A stretch of 64,000 nt of DNA from Patescibacteria group bacterium (lineage in GTDB: Bacteria > Patescibacteriota > Minisyncoccia > Phycocordibacterales > CAIZLB01). This document shows positions 1 through 10,500 of this stretch, in pieces. The translations under genes were made by a program, and so were the position numbers. The DNA lies in contig JAZKJG010000001.1 in the NCBI GenBank assembly GCA_040384445.1, forward strand, positions 7,650 through 71,649. The letters run 5' to 3'. Positions within the stretch are counted from its first letter, which is position 1; the number at the start of each line of letters is the position of its first letter. The notes beneath the pieces are model-generated. The model did not search any database. It was not told where the DNA came from and was given only the letters and a program-made list of their open reading frames with translations.

Positions 1-2433
1 CTTGATGATTTCGTGACTCTGATAATGCAAATTGCAGATCTATCACATAAGCCTGATGCAGAAATTGATGACGTAGATCACCTAGGTGCTCGACGTGTTA
101 AATTCGTGGGAGAACAACTACAACAGAAAGTTCGACTTGGACTCCTGCAGATCAAGAAAAACATTCAGAACCGAATGTCGACTATTGAAACTGAAGTAAG
201 TCAGCCTATGCAAATGATTGCACCTCGACCACTACAGGCTCGAGTGAAAGAATATTTTAGTACGAACCAGCTTTCACAGTTCATGTCACAGGAAAACATC
301 CTTGCTGAGCTAGAGCATCTTCGAATTGTTACAACTCTTGGACAAGGAGGACTTACTCGAGAACGAGCTGGAGTTGAAGTTCGAGACGTTCACTCATCTC
401 ACTATGGACGAGTATGTCCGATCCATACACCTGAAGGACAAAACATTGGACTTGTGCTTCACCTTGCTGCCTATGCAAAAGTAAACCACTTCGGTATGAT
501 CGAAACTCCTTACGTAACAGTAAAGAACGGAAAGATCACAAAAGAAGTGAAGTATTACGATGCTCTACAGGAAGAAGGGTTTAAAATCGCCCATGCTGCG
601 ATTAACTATGATAAAGATGGAAATATTACAGATGAAATGGTTGAAGTTCGACTAAAAGGAGACCCTATTGTTGTACACAAATCAGAGATCGACCTTATTG
701 ACGTTGCTCCAGAACAACCGTTCTCTATTTCAACTTCTATGATTCCGTTCGTAAACCACGACGATGCCAACCGATCACTCATGGGATCAAACATGCAGAA
801 GCAGGCTACGCCTTGTATCGTTCCAGAAGCAGCATATGTTGCAACAGGTATCGAAGATACGGCGGCTCGAGATACAGGACGAGTTATTCTTGCACCAGAA
901 GATGGAGAAATTACACAAGTTGATGCTTCAGGAATCACAATTACTGGAAAGCGAGAAACAAAAATCCAGCTTGCAGTATTTAACAAAACAAACCAGTTTA
1001 CAGCTTTCCACCAGCGACCAACAGTTTCTCTTGGACAGAAGGTAAAACGAGGTGATGTTCTTGCTGATACATCTACATCTGTAGAAGGACAAGCAGCACT
1101 TGGACAAAATATTTTGATTGCATTCCTTGCATGGAGTGGAGCAAACTACGAAGATGCGATTATTATTTCAGAAAATCTTGTAAAAGAATCTAAATTTACA
1201 ACAATTCACATCGAAGAGTTTGTAATCAACGTTCGAGATACAAAACTAGGGCCCGAAGTCACAACTCACGATATTCCAAATGTATCAGAAGGTAAATTAA
1301 AAGACCTTGATGCAGAAGGTATTGTACGAATCGGGGCTGAAGTTCGACCTGGAGATATTCTGGTTGGAAAAATTACACCAAAAACAGAAACTCAACTTAC
1401 ACCTGAAGAGCGACTTCTACGTTCAATCTTCGGAGATCGAGCTCGAGATGTAAAAGATACATCAAAGCGTCTTGAAAATGGAAAGCGAGGACGAGTTATT
1501 GGAGTAAAAACATTTTCACGAGAACGAGGAGATAAACTTGAATCAGGAATCATTAAACGAATCTACATCGAAGTTGCACTTCTACGAAATGTGTCAGTTG
1601 GAGATAAGTTAGCTGGACGACACGGAAACAAAGGAGTTATCTCAAGAGTTCTTCCGGTTGAAGATATGCCGTACATGGCTGACGGAACACCTGTTGATAT
1701 GATTCTAACTCCTCTTGGAGTTCCATCACGTATGAACCTTGGACAGATTCTTGAACTACACCTTGGGCTTGCAGCTGCAAAACTTGGGTATCAAGCAATC
1801 GTTCCTGCCTTCATGGGACCTACAACAGAAGAGGTTCAAGATGAGCTAGAAAAAGCTGGATACAATCGATCAGGAAAAATGAAATTGTTTGACGGACGAA
1901 CAGGTGATGCATTTGCACAAGATGTTTCAGTTGGATATATGTACATGCTTAAACTTCACCATATGGTTGAAGATAAAATCCACGCGCGATCAACAGGACC
2001 ATACTCACTTATCACTCAGCAACCACTTGGAGGTAAAGCTCAAGGAGGAGGACAGAGATTTGGAGAAATGGAAGTGTGGGCACTTGCTGGTTATGGAGCA
2101 TCATATACGCTTCGAGAAATGCTCACTATTAAATCAGATGATATTGTTGGACGATCTGCAGCCTACGATGCGATTGTAAAAGGAGAGAGATTGAGTGATC
2201 CAAATACACCTGCTTCATTTAACGTACTTCTATCAAACCTACGAGGTCTATGTATAGATGTTGGATTTGACAATGCAGACGGAGTTGAGTTAGATATCGG
2301 ACTCGATGTTGGTCACGATGGAACAGAACAAAATACTCGAGTCGCAGCAGTTGTTCATGAAGATGCGCTTGATGAAGAAGATGAGGATGCAATTACAGAA
2401 GATCTAGGAGATGCTGTTGAAGCAGAACTCTAA
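1..2433 (+). CDS. rpoB: DNA-directed RNA polymerase beta subunit, 5'-partial (frame open from base 1)
   Basis: Motifs GGLTRERAG-EVRDVH, CPIHTPEGQNIGL, GSNMQKQA, GDKLAGRHGNKG, GGQRFGEMEVWAL. Acidic C-terminal extension. Confidence 0.99.
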   Translation, partial: LDDFVTLIMQIADLSHKPDAEIDDVDHLGARRVKFVGEQLQQKVRLGLLQIKKNIQNRMSTIETEVSQPMQMIAPRPLQARVKEYFSTNQLSQFMSQENILAELEHLRIVTTLGQGGLTRERAGVEVRDVHSSHYGRVCPIHTPEGQNIGLVLHLAAYAKVNHFGMIETPYVTVKNGKITKEVKYYDALQEEGFKIAHAAINYDKDGNITDEMVEVRLKGDPIVVHKSEIDLIDVAPEQPFSISTSMIPFVNHDDANRSLMGSNMQKQATPCIVPEAAYVATGIEDTAARDTGRVILAPEDGEITQVDASGITITGKRETKIQLAVFNKTNQFTAFHQRPTVSLGQKVKRGDVLADTSTSVEGQAALGQNILIAFLAWSGANYEDAIIISENLVKESKFTTIHIEEFVINVRDTKLGPEVTTHDIPNVSEGKLKDLDAEGIVRIGAEVRPGDILVGKITPKTETQLTPEERLLRSIFGDRARDVKDTSKRLENGKRGRVIGVKTFSRERGDKLESGIIKRIYIEVALLRNVSVGDKLAGRHGNKGVISRVLPVEDMPYMADGTPVDMILTPLGVPSRMNLGQILELHLGLAAAKLGYQAIVPAFMGPTTEEVQDELEKAGYNRSGKMKLFDGRTGDAFAQDVSVGYMYMLKLHHMVEDKIHARSTGPYSLITQQPLGGKAQGGGQRFGEMEVWALAGYGASYTLREMLTIKSDDIVGRSAAYDAIVKGERLSDPNTPASFNVLLSNLRGLCIDVGFDNADGVELDIGLDVGHDGTEQNTRVAAVVHEDALDEEDEDAITEDLGDAVEAEL

Positions 2434-2469
2434 TCTAACTATTAATCTCTATTAACGTACAACGAATAT

Positions 2470-5400
2470 ATGTTTCAAAATAAAACAATAAAACCAAAAT
2501 CTTCAATCGACGATCTCGATTCAGTATTTATTCGACTCGCATCACCAGAGAAAATTCGAAGTTGGTCACGAGGAGAAGTAAAGCGACCAGAAACAATGAA
2601 CTATAGAACAGGCCGATCAGAGCGTGATGGTCTTTTCTGTGAAAAAATCTTTGGTGCTGAAAAAGATTATGAATGTTACTGTGGAAAATACAAAGGAATC
2701 CGATACAAAGGAATTGTGTGTGAAAAATGTGGAGTAGAAATCACACGATCAATTGTACGACGAGAGCGAATGGGTCACATTGAACTTTGTGTTCCTGTGT
2801 CACATATCTGGTATTTGAAAAACATGCCTTCAAGAATTGCAACAATTCTAGGGATGAATTCAGGTGATGTTGAAAAAGTTGTGTACTTTGCAGGTTACCT
2901 TGTTACAAAAGTTGATGAAAAAGAAAAAGGGAAACTACACAAAGAACTAGATGATGAGTTTAAAACAAAAATGAAGCAGCTTGTTGATGAAAAAACAAAA
3001 GAAGCTCTTCAAAATCTGATGACTGCTACAAAGCAAGAACTTGATCTTATTCAAATTGGAAAAGTGCTTGATGAAAATCAATATCACAAATTCTCATATA
3101 AGTTCGGTGCTGCTTTTGAAGCTATGATCGGAGGAGAAGCTATTTACAATATTCTTAAAGGACTTGATCTTGATCATTTATATACAAAACTAAATGCTGA
3201 TCTTGAAAAAGCTGGTGCGGCTGACAAAGAAAAAATTATTCGACGACTTGGATTTGTAAACGGAATGCGAAAAGCTGACGTTCGACCAGAATGGGCGTTT
3301 ATTAAAGCGCTTCCAGTTATTCCTGCTGCACTTCGACCTATGGTTGCACTTGATGGAGGGCGACAAGCAACATCAGATGTAAACGACTTGTACCGACGAG
3401 TTATTAACCGAAACAATCGACTTAAAAAACTACACGAGATCAAGGCTCCAGACGTAATTCTACGAAACGAGAAACGAATTCTACAGGAAGCTGTTGACGC
3501 TCTTCTGGATAACTCAATGAAGGGAAATGGTGCTGCATTTTCAGGAATCAACCCTGCACAAAAGCGACCTCTAAAATCTATCGCAGATAACCTAAAAGGA
3601 AAGCGAGGTTTGTTCCGACAAAACCTACTTGGAAAACGAGTAGACTACTCAGGACGATCTGTTATTGTTGTAGGTCCAAATCTTAAACTTAACCAATGTG
3701 GACTTCCAAAACACATGGCGCTTGAGTTGTTTAAACCATTCGTAATTGGAGAAATTCTAAAACGAGAATTGGCATTTAACATTCGAGGAGCAAGTAGAAT
3801 GATTGAAGATCAATCAGAAGAAGTGTGGGGAATTCTAGAAAAAGTAATTGTTGGAAAATATGTGCTTCTAAACCGAGCCCCAACTCTTCACCGACTTTCT
3901 GTACAGGCATTCCAGCCAATTCTTATTGAAGGAAATGCGATCCAAGTTCACCCACTTGTATGTTCACCGTTTAACGCCGACTTCGACGGAGATGCGATGG
4001 CCGTTCATGTTCCACTTTCAGAAGAAGCGCAGTATGAAGCTCGAACAATTATGGCATCAGACCGAAACGTTCTTAAGCCAGGAACTGGAGATGCAACTGT
4101 AACTAACAAAATGCTCGACATTGTTCTTGGTTCTTTCTGGGCAACAAAAATTGTTTCAAAAGAGATTGGTGCAGATAAATATTTTGAGTCACCAATGGCA
4201 GCGATCACAGCTCTTGATCATGCTGTAATTGGATATCGAGCGCCAATTAAAGTTCTTGCTCCAACAGGAACTACAAAGTACGCAGAATTTGATGGTAAAT
4301 TATTTGACACAACAGTTGGACGAATTCTATTTAACCAACTTCTACCAGAAACATATCCGTATATTAACCGAGAGGTTAACAAAAATGTGATGAACTCTCT
4401 GATTGATGAACTTATTTTGATCGAAGGAAAAGATAATGTTGCACCACTTATTGATGCAATCAAACAATTTGGATTTGATTTCGCTACAAAGTCAGGAATC
4501 ACATGGAGTATGTCAGATATTGTTATTCCAGAAACAAAATATCCAGTTCTTGATGCGGCTCAGGCAACATCAGATAAGATTATGGAAGCATATCAGCAAG
4601 GATTGCTTTCAGAAGAAGAGAAACATATGAAAATTGTTCGACTATGGCAAGGTGCACAGGCTGATATTGAAAAATTAATTCCTGCAACACTTGATCCAGA
4701 GGGTTCAGTAAACGACATGGTGCTTTCAGGAGCTCGAGGATCACTTGGTAACATTAACCAGATGGTTGGAATGAAAGGACTTATTGCGACAGCTCAAGGA
4801 TCTACAATTGAGCTTCCAATTCGATCTTCATTTAAGGAAGGACTTACACCGATTGAATACTTTATCTCAACTCACGGAGCTCGAAAAGGTATGACTGACA
4901 CGGCTCTTAACACCGCTAAAGCAGGGTACCTAACACGAAAGCTATTCGTACTTGCACAAAGTGTGATGGTAACAGAAATTGATTGTAAAACGAAAGATTC
5001 TATCATCATGACAAAGGCGACTGCGTCAGGAATTCAGACAAACTTCTCAAAAAATCTATTTAGTCGAACTATCGCAAAAGATATCGAGACAAAAGATGGT
5101 GTTGTTCTATTCAAAAAAGGACATATTATTACAAAAGCTGATGCAATTGTAATTGAAAAAGCAGGGATTGAAGAGGTGTCTGTACGATCACCACTTGGAT
5201 GTAAAACACATAGAGGAGTTTGTTCACATTGTTACGGAGCCGACCTCTCAACTGGATCACTTATCGATCTTGGAGAGTCAGTAGGAACAATTGCTGCACA
5301 AGCGATTGGAGAGCCTGGAACACAGTTGACGATGAGAACATTCCACGCCGGAGGAGTTGCGACAGCTGCTGGAGACATCACTGCCGGACTTCCACGAGTT

Positions 5401-6159
5401 GAAGAATTGTTTGAAAACCGAACACCTAAAAATGCAGCAGCTATTGCATCAACAGATGGAATGGTTACAGCTGTTATTGAAAAAGGACATGAAAAAATTA
5501 TCAAAGTACTTTCTGACATTCCATCAAAGAATGCTAAGAAAGGAAGTGAAGTAGAATATTCATTCCACCCTGCCAGAATTGTGTATGTAAAAGTTGGACA
5601 GCATGTATCAAAAGGGCAAATCATGACTGATGGATCAGCGGATGTTGATGCATTGTTTGAGTATGCTGGAAAAGATGTTGCGCAAGCATATATCATTACT
5701 GAAGTTAAGAAAATTTACGAGCTTCAGGGAGATAACCTTTCTCGAAAACATATCGAAATTATCGTTCGAGAAATGTTTAACCGAGTGAAGGTTACAAATA
5801 AAGGAGACAGTATTTTCTCAGAAGGGGATATTGTTGAATCATTTGAATTCTTGATGGCAAATGAACAGCTTGAGATTAACGGAACGCTTCATGCGAAAGG
5901 TAAACATGTAATCATGGGAACTATGGAAGCGTCATTGAACCGACAATCATTCCTTGCAGCTGCATCATTCCAAAATGTAAACAGAATCCTCGTGAACGCC
6001 TCTCTAAAGGGTAACCATGACCCGCTGTATGGTATTATGGAAAATACTTTGATCGGACGTCTTATTCCAGTTGGAACAGGATTCAAGGGAAGTCAGAAGA
6101 GTGAGGCGATCGAAGTGTTACAGGCAGAAATTGCTGCAAACTACGAAGAGCGAGAATAG
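2470..6159 (+). CDS. rpoC: DNA-directed RNA polymerase beta' subunit
   Basis: Zn ribbon CYCGKY..CEKCGVE, NLLGKRVDYSGRSVI, LNRAPTLHR, catalytic NADFDGD, GEPGTQLTMRTFH. Directly follows rpoB. Confidence 0.99.
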   Translation: MFQNKTIKPKSSIDDLDSVFIRLASPEKIRSWSRGEVKRPETMNYRTGRSERDGLFCEKIFGAEKDYECYCGKYKGIRYKGIVCEKCGVEITRSIVRRERMGHIELCVPVSHIWYLKNMPSRIATILGMNSGDVEKVVYFAGYLVTKVDEKEKGKLHKELDDEFKTKMKQLVDEKTKEALQNLMTATKQELDLIQIGKVLDENQYHKFSYKFGAAFEAMIGGEAIYNILKGLDLDHLYTKLNADLEKAGAADKEKIIRRLGFVNGMRKADVRPEWAFIKALPVIPAALRPMVALDGGRQATSDVNDLYRRVINRNNRLKKLHEIKAPDVILRNEKRILQEAVDALLDNSMKGNGAAFSGINPAQKRPLKSIADNLKGKRGLFRQNLLGKRVDYSGRSVIVVGPNLKLNQCGLPKHMALELFKPFVIGEILKRELAFNIRGASRMIEDQSEEVWGILEKVIVGKYVLLNRAPTLHRLSVQAFQPILIEGNAIQVHPLVCSPFNADFDGDAMAVHVPLSEEAQYEARTIMASDRNVLKPGTGDATVTNKMLDIVLGSFWATKIVSKEIGADKYFESPMAAITALDHAVIGYRAPIKVLAPTGTTKYAEFDGKLFDTTVGRILFNQLLPETYPYINREVNKNVMNSLIDELILIEGKDNVAPLIDAIKQFGFDFATKSGITWSMSDIVIPETKYPVLDAAQATSDKIMEAYQQGLLSEEEKHMKIVRLWQGAQADIEKLIPATLDPEGSVNDMVLSGARGSLGNINQMVGMKGLIATAQGSTIELPIRSSFKEGLTPIEYFISTHGARKGMTDTALNTAKAGYLTRKLFVLAQSVMVTEIDCKTKDSIIMTKATASGIQTNFSKNLFSRTIAKDIETKDGVVLFKKGHIITKADAIVIEKAGIEEVSVRSPLGCKTHRGVCSHCYGADLSTGSLIDLGESVGTIAAQAIGEPGTQLTMRTFHAGGVATAAGDITAGLPRVEELFENRTPKNAAAIASTDGMVTAVIEKGHEKIIKVLSDIPSKNAKKGSEVEYSFHPARIVYVKVGQHVSKGQIMTDGSADVDALFEYAGKDVAQAYIITEVKKIYELQGDNLSRKHIEIIVREMFNRVKVTNKGDSIFSEGDIVESFEFLMANEQLEINGTLHAKGKHVIMGTMEASLNRQSFLAAASFQNVNRILVNASLKGNHDPLYGIMENTLIGRLIPVGTGFKGSQKSEAIEVLQAEIAANYEERE

Positions 6160-6185
6160 TACGAACTTTAACGTCTACGCGAAAT

Positions 6186-6250
6186 AACTTTCGCTGCGGC
6201 AGGATGTGACTCATGTATGTGGGTTATATGCTGCTGTAGCGAAAGTTTTT
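6186..6250 (+). terminator. Long hairpin followed by a T-run after rpoC, probable intrinsic terminator
   Basis: AACTTTCGCT (6186) pairs with AGCGAAAGTT (6247). Inner arms pair with several G-U wobbles. Followed by TTTAGCTTTTT. Confidence 0.7.
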
Positions 6251-6305
6251 AGCTTTTTAGCACAGATACAGCATCTTGAACTTTAAGACCATAGAACACA
6301 ACGGT

Positions 6306-6911
6306 ATGCCCAGTAGAGCACAGAGAATGATTGCATTTACCCAGCTTTTACACTTTTTTGAAAACGAAGTGATGGAGGAGAGGCTTTCAATGTCGGGAGC
6401 GACGACTGCTATTCAGAATTGGATGAAAGACAATGCGAAACCCTGGTGGGAACTTGAAAAACTCTACCCCGATTGGGTGATAAGTCTTCAAAATTCTGAA
6501 CTAGTTAAGAATGCAAAACTATATATTCCGAGCAAAGAAACCCTTTGGAGGAAGGATCCTTGGCACGAGGATGATGTTGTCCCATTTCTTGAGGCGAGTG
6601 GTAATGCGGAAATGCTGGGAAAGTTAGTACATTTACATCTTGAAGAAAGGAAATTATTGCGCTTAACCCCGAGTCTGGAGGATCTAGAATATTATGAAAA
6701 AGATGAACCAAAACATCGGTGGAAAGTTTGGGATAGAGTGGGTCTGTGGGTATTTGCATGGAAAGCTGCCTGCAAAAATAAACACGGACATGTCTATGTT
6801 AAAGGTATCAGATTTGATCCTAAGACTGGCAAATCTGAATGCAAATGGGTTGCACTAAAGAATATTTATAAACACCCATTCAAAGTCCTTCTTCGCAAAG
6901 AAAACACGTAA
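6306..6911 (+). CDS. Hypothetical protein (ORFan-like, Trp/Lys-rich). Start uncertain: TTG 6276 or ATG 6306
   Basis: 200-211 codon ORF filling the gap between two hairpins. No recognisable motif. Confidence 0.6.
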   Translation: MPSRAQRMIAFTQLLHFFENEVMEERLSMSGATTAIQNWMKDNAKPWWELEKLYPDWVISLQNSELVKNAKLYIPSKETLWRKDPWHEDDVVPFLEASGNAEMLGKLVHLHLEERKLLRLTPSLEDLEYYEKDEPKHRWKVWDRVGLWVFAWKAACKNKHGHVYVKGIRFDPKTGKSECKWVALKNIYKHPFKVLLRKENT

Positions 6912-6929
6912 AAAAATCGCAAAAAAACG

Positions 6930-6962
6930 GCCCATTTCATGAAAATTGAGATGGGTTTTTTC
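6930..6962 (+). terminator. Intrinsic terminator
   Basis: CCCATTTCA-loop-TGAGATGGG followed by TTTTTT, just after the stop at 6911. Confidence 0.7.
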
Positions 6963-6996
6963 ATTTATTTTTTTACAAAATGCAAGTTTTTTAAAA

Positions 6997-7028
6997 TGTG
7001 TATAACTTTTAAAAAAACCTTATCCACA
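6997..7028. promoter_or_regulatory. Two inverted DnaA-box consensus sites upstream of the surface-fibre locus
   Basis: TGTGTATAA (6997-7005, = TTATACACA on the minus strand) and TTATCCACA (7020-7028) match TTATNCACA. Confidence 0.45.
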
Positions 7029-7077
7029 TTATGTATTTTTGTTTGTTTAAATATAAAAAAAGACATATAATATATAC

Positions 7078-7530
7078 ATGAACGAAACATTTGAAAACAA
7101 ACCAAAAGCTAAGAAAACTTTTACAAAATTAATACTATTACTCATCTCATACGTTATCATCGGCTTCATTGTTTGGAAGCTCGCAACCAAGCAAGTTGGA
7201 GACCCAGTAAAGCTTCAGGAGCAGGCACAAAAAGAGCTCACAACAATTGTTGAAAATGTCGGAAAGATTATGATCATCCCAAGTGACGAAACTCCACAGG
7301 TAGCAATCATCCAGGACGTAGACTCACTGAAGAAAGCACAAGACTTCTTCAAAGATGCGCAGAACGGAGACAAGATTCTAGTTTACACAAAAGCACGTAA
7401 AGCAATCATTTATCGAGATACAACAAATCAAATCGTAAACGTAGCACTGAACATTGGTCCAGTGACTGACGAAACAAACTCAGCTCCAATTCAGCAACAG
7501 CCAACATCAACAACAACATCAGAAAGATAG
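7078..7530 (+). CDS. Single-pass membrane hypothetical protein, first gene of the fibre locus
   Basis: Basic N-terminus and hydrophobic helix (LILLLISYVIIGFIVW), then a soluble PSDETP..FFKDAQNGDKILVY..KAIIYR domain. TATAAT lies 6 nt before the ATG. Confidence 0.85.
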   Translation: MNETFENKPKAKKTFTKLILLLISYVIIGFIVWKLATKQVGDPVKLQEQAQKELTTIVENVGKIMIIPSDETPQVAIIQDVDSLKKAQDFFKDAQNGDKILVYTKARKAIIYRDTTNQIVNVALNIGPVTDETNSAPIQQQPTSTTTSER

Positions 7531-7574
7531 TCAGATAGATTAGGTCGAAGTACATTTGTAAAAGTTATCAATAA

Positions 7575-10500
7575 ATGAAGTTTCCATTTCTCACAAAGAA
7601 ATTAAGTCCAATTGCATTCCTACTTATCATCGGAATGTTTTTTGGCGTATATGGAAACCTGTTTGCCGCTCCTGCAACAGGGTCACTTGGCTTCCAAGGA
7701 CAGTTGTTCAACAACGGAACTGCAGTGACTGGATCTGTAAATGCAACCTTTACATTTTACGATGCGGCAATCGGTGGAAGTGCTCAAGGGTCTACAATCT
7801 TAAAAACGGTAACTGTTGCAAACGGATATTTCGGAACTCAGTTCACAGAATCTGATACAACAGGAATTGATTTTAATCAAGAGCTGTTTATTGAAGTTGT
7901 GGTAAATGGAACAGCGCTTACTCCACGATCTTCAGTGAACTCTGTACCAGTTGCACGTAAGGCATTTGGAACATTTGCATATTCAAGTGCTCCTGCTGTT
8001 GGCGAAGCTGGATCACTGTACTTCAACACAACTTCTGACACTCTTCTTGTTTCTGATGGGACTTCATGGGTGCCAGCTGGAACTGCATCAAGTACTACCC
8101 AGTGGACTACAAACGGAAGTGATTTATATTTCACAACTGGAAATGTAGGAATCGGAACGTCAACACCTGCTGATAAGCTTTCTGTGGTTGGAACTGTTCG
8201 AGCAACATCATTTGTTGGAGACGGATCACAGTTGACTGGAATTCCTGTACTTTCAACATCAAGTGTTCGAAGTATGTTTTCATCAACTGCAACGGGGTTA
8301 ACATACACAGCTGGAACTGGAGTATTCTCACTTGCTGCAGGTTATGTGATTCCACTCACTGCCTCAACAACAGAATGGGCAGCTGCAGCCGCTTCTACAA
8401 CCGCGATGACTCCTGCATATTTCCGAGGACTTGTTTCAAACTCAGTTGCTGGATTAACATACAACCCTACAACTGGAGCAACAACTTTGACAGCTGGATA
8501 CAACATCCCACTTACTGCTTCAACAACTGAGTGGGCATCAGCTGCAGCTTCAACTTCTCCATCTGCAATCAGAGGTTTGTTTTCAAATGGAGCCACTGGA
8601 CTAACATACAACTCATCAACTGGAGCAACATCACTTGCTGCAGGTTATGTAATTCCTCTTTCCGCTTCAACTACAGAATGGGCAGCAGCTTCAGCGTCAA
8701 CTACAGCGATGACACCAAGTTACTTCCGAGGGTTACTTTCAGCAACAGGTCCAATCTCATACAACTCAAGTACTGGTGCATTTACATTCTCAACATCATC
8801 ACTTGGACTCACAACAACAAATATTGCTGAAGGTTCAAATCAATACTTCACTGACGCTCGAGCTCGATCTGCACTTTCAGAATCTGTAACTGGTCTTGAG
8901 TATGCAACAAGTACCGGAATTTTTTCTCTGACTTCTGGATATGTAATTCCAACAACTGCATCAACTTCAGAGTGGGCATCTGCTGCGGCATCAACTACAG
9001 CGATGACACCAAGTTACTTCCGAGGTCTTCTTTCAAACTCAGCAGCGGGTCTTGCATACAACTCATCAACTGGTGCAACAACTCTGACAGCTGGATACAA
9101 TATTCCGCTTACGGCTTCAACGACAGAGTGGTCACAAGCATACGCATCAACTGCTCCATCAGTAATTCGTGGACTATTCTCAAATTCAACAACAGGATTA
9201 ACATATAACTCTTCTACTGGAGCTACTTCACTCACTGCTGGATATGTAATCTCATTAACGGCTTCAACTACAGAATGGGCTACTGCATATGCTTCAACAA
9301 CAGCTCAAACTCCTGCATATTTCCGAGGTCTTCTTTCAAACTCAGTTGCAGGACTAACATACAACTCATCAACTGGTGCAACAACACTCACTGCTGGATA
9401 CAATATTCCGCTTAGTGCATCATCATCTGAATGGGCACTTGCATACGCGTCAACTTCTGCAATGACTCCCGTATATACTCGTGGTCTGTTCTCAAACTCA
9501 ACTACTGGACTTACATACAACTCTGGAACTGGTGCGACATCTTTGACAGCGGGATATGTAATCCCACTTGTCGCATCGACAACAGAATGGGCAGCATCAT
9601 CAGCTTCAACTTCTCCATCTGCAATCAGAGGTTTGTTTTCAAATGGAGCGACTGGGTTAACATACAACTCATCAACCGGAGCAACATCATTCACAGCCGG
9701 ATACTCAATCCCTCTCACGGCTTCATCAACTGAATGGTCATCATTCTTTAACACTCCATCAACTCGTATCACTGCTGGATCAAATTTATCATGGGCAGGA
9801 AATACTCTTAACGCTGCACTTTCATTCTCAACATCTTCAATTAACTATTTACGAAATGTAAGTGGTGGTCTTGAAACTGCAACGTCAACTGATTTCCTAC
9901 GAGCTGCATATTTTACAGCAACAGGAACAACTGCATCTACATTTACAAATGCATCTTCAACAAACTTAACTATCACAGGAAGTTTGTATAATTCATCTTT
10001 GTCAAATGGATGCCTTGAAGTGTCTGGAGGTTTGGTTACTTCAACAGGATCAAACTGTGGAGTTGGAAGTGGAGGAATTACATCTTTGAACGGACAAACA
10101 AACTCATCACAATCATTTGCAACTTCTTCAACTGCTGGAACATTTGGATTCGGCTTTTCTTCAGCAGGTGGAATTCATACACTAAATATTTCTCTTGCAT
10201 CAAGTACAAATACTGGGCTATTAAGTGCTTCAGATTGGACAACTTTTAATAACAAGCAAGGCGTGCTTTCATTTGGAAACTTAACATCAAGTGCAACTGG
10301 ATTGAGTGTGACTGGTGGAACTGGTGCTGTAGTTGGAGCTGGTGCAGCAGTAACATTAGCAGCTGGTTATAGTATTCCTCTTTCAGCCTCAACTACAGAA
10401 TGGTCAGTAGCATACGCGTCAACAACAGCTCTGACTCCTGCATATTTCCGAGCATTGTTGTCTAACTCTGCAACTGGATTAACATATAACTCTGGAACAG

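Noticed and set aside
6961-7077. Replication origin
   Set aside because: Only two DnaA boxes, no dnaA/dnaN nearby, and no switch in gene orientation.
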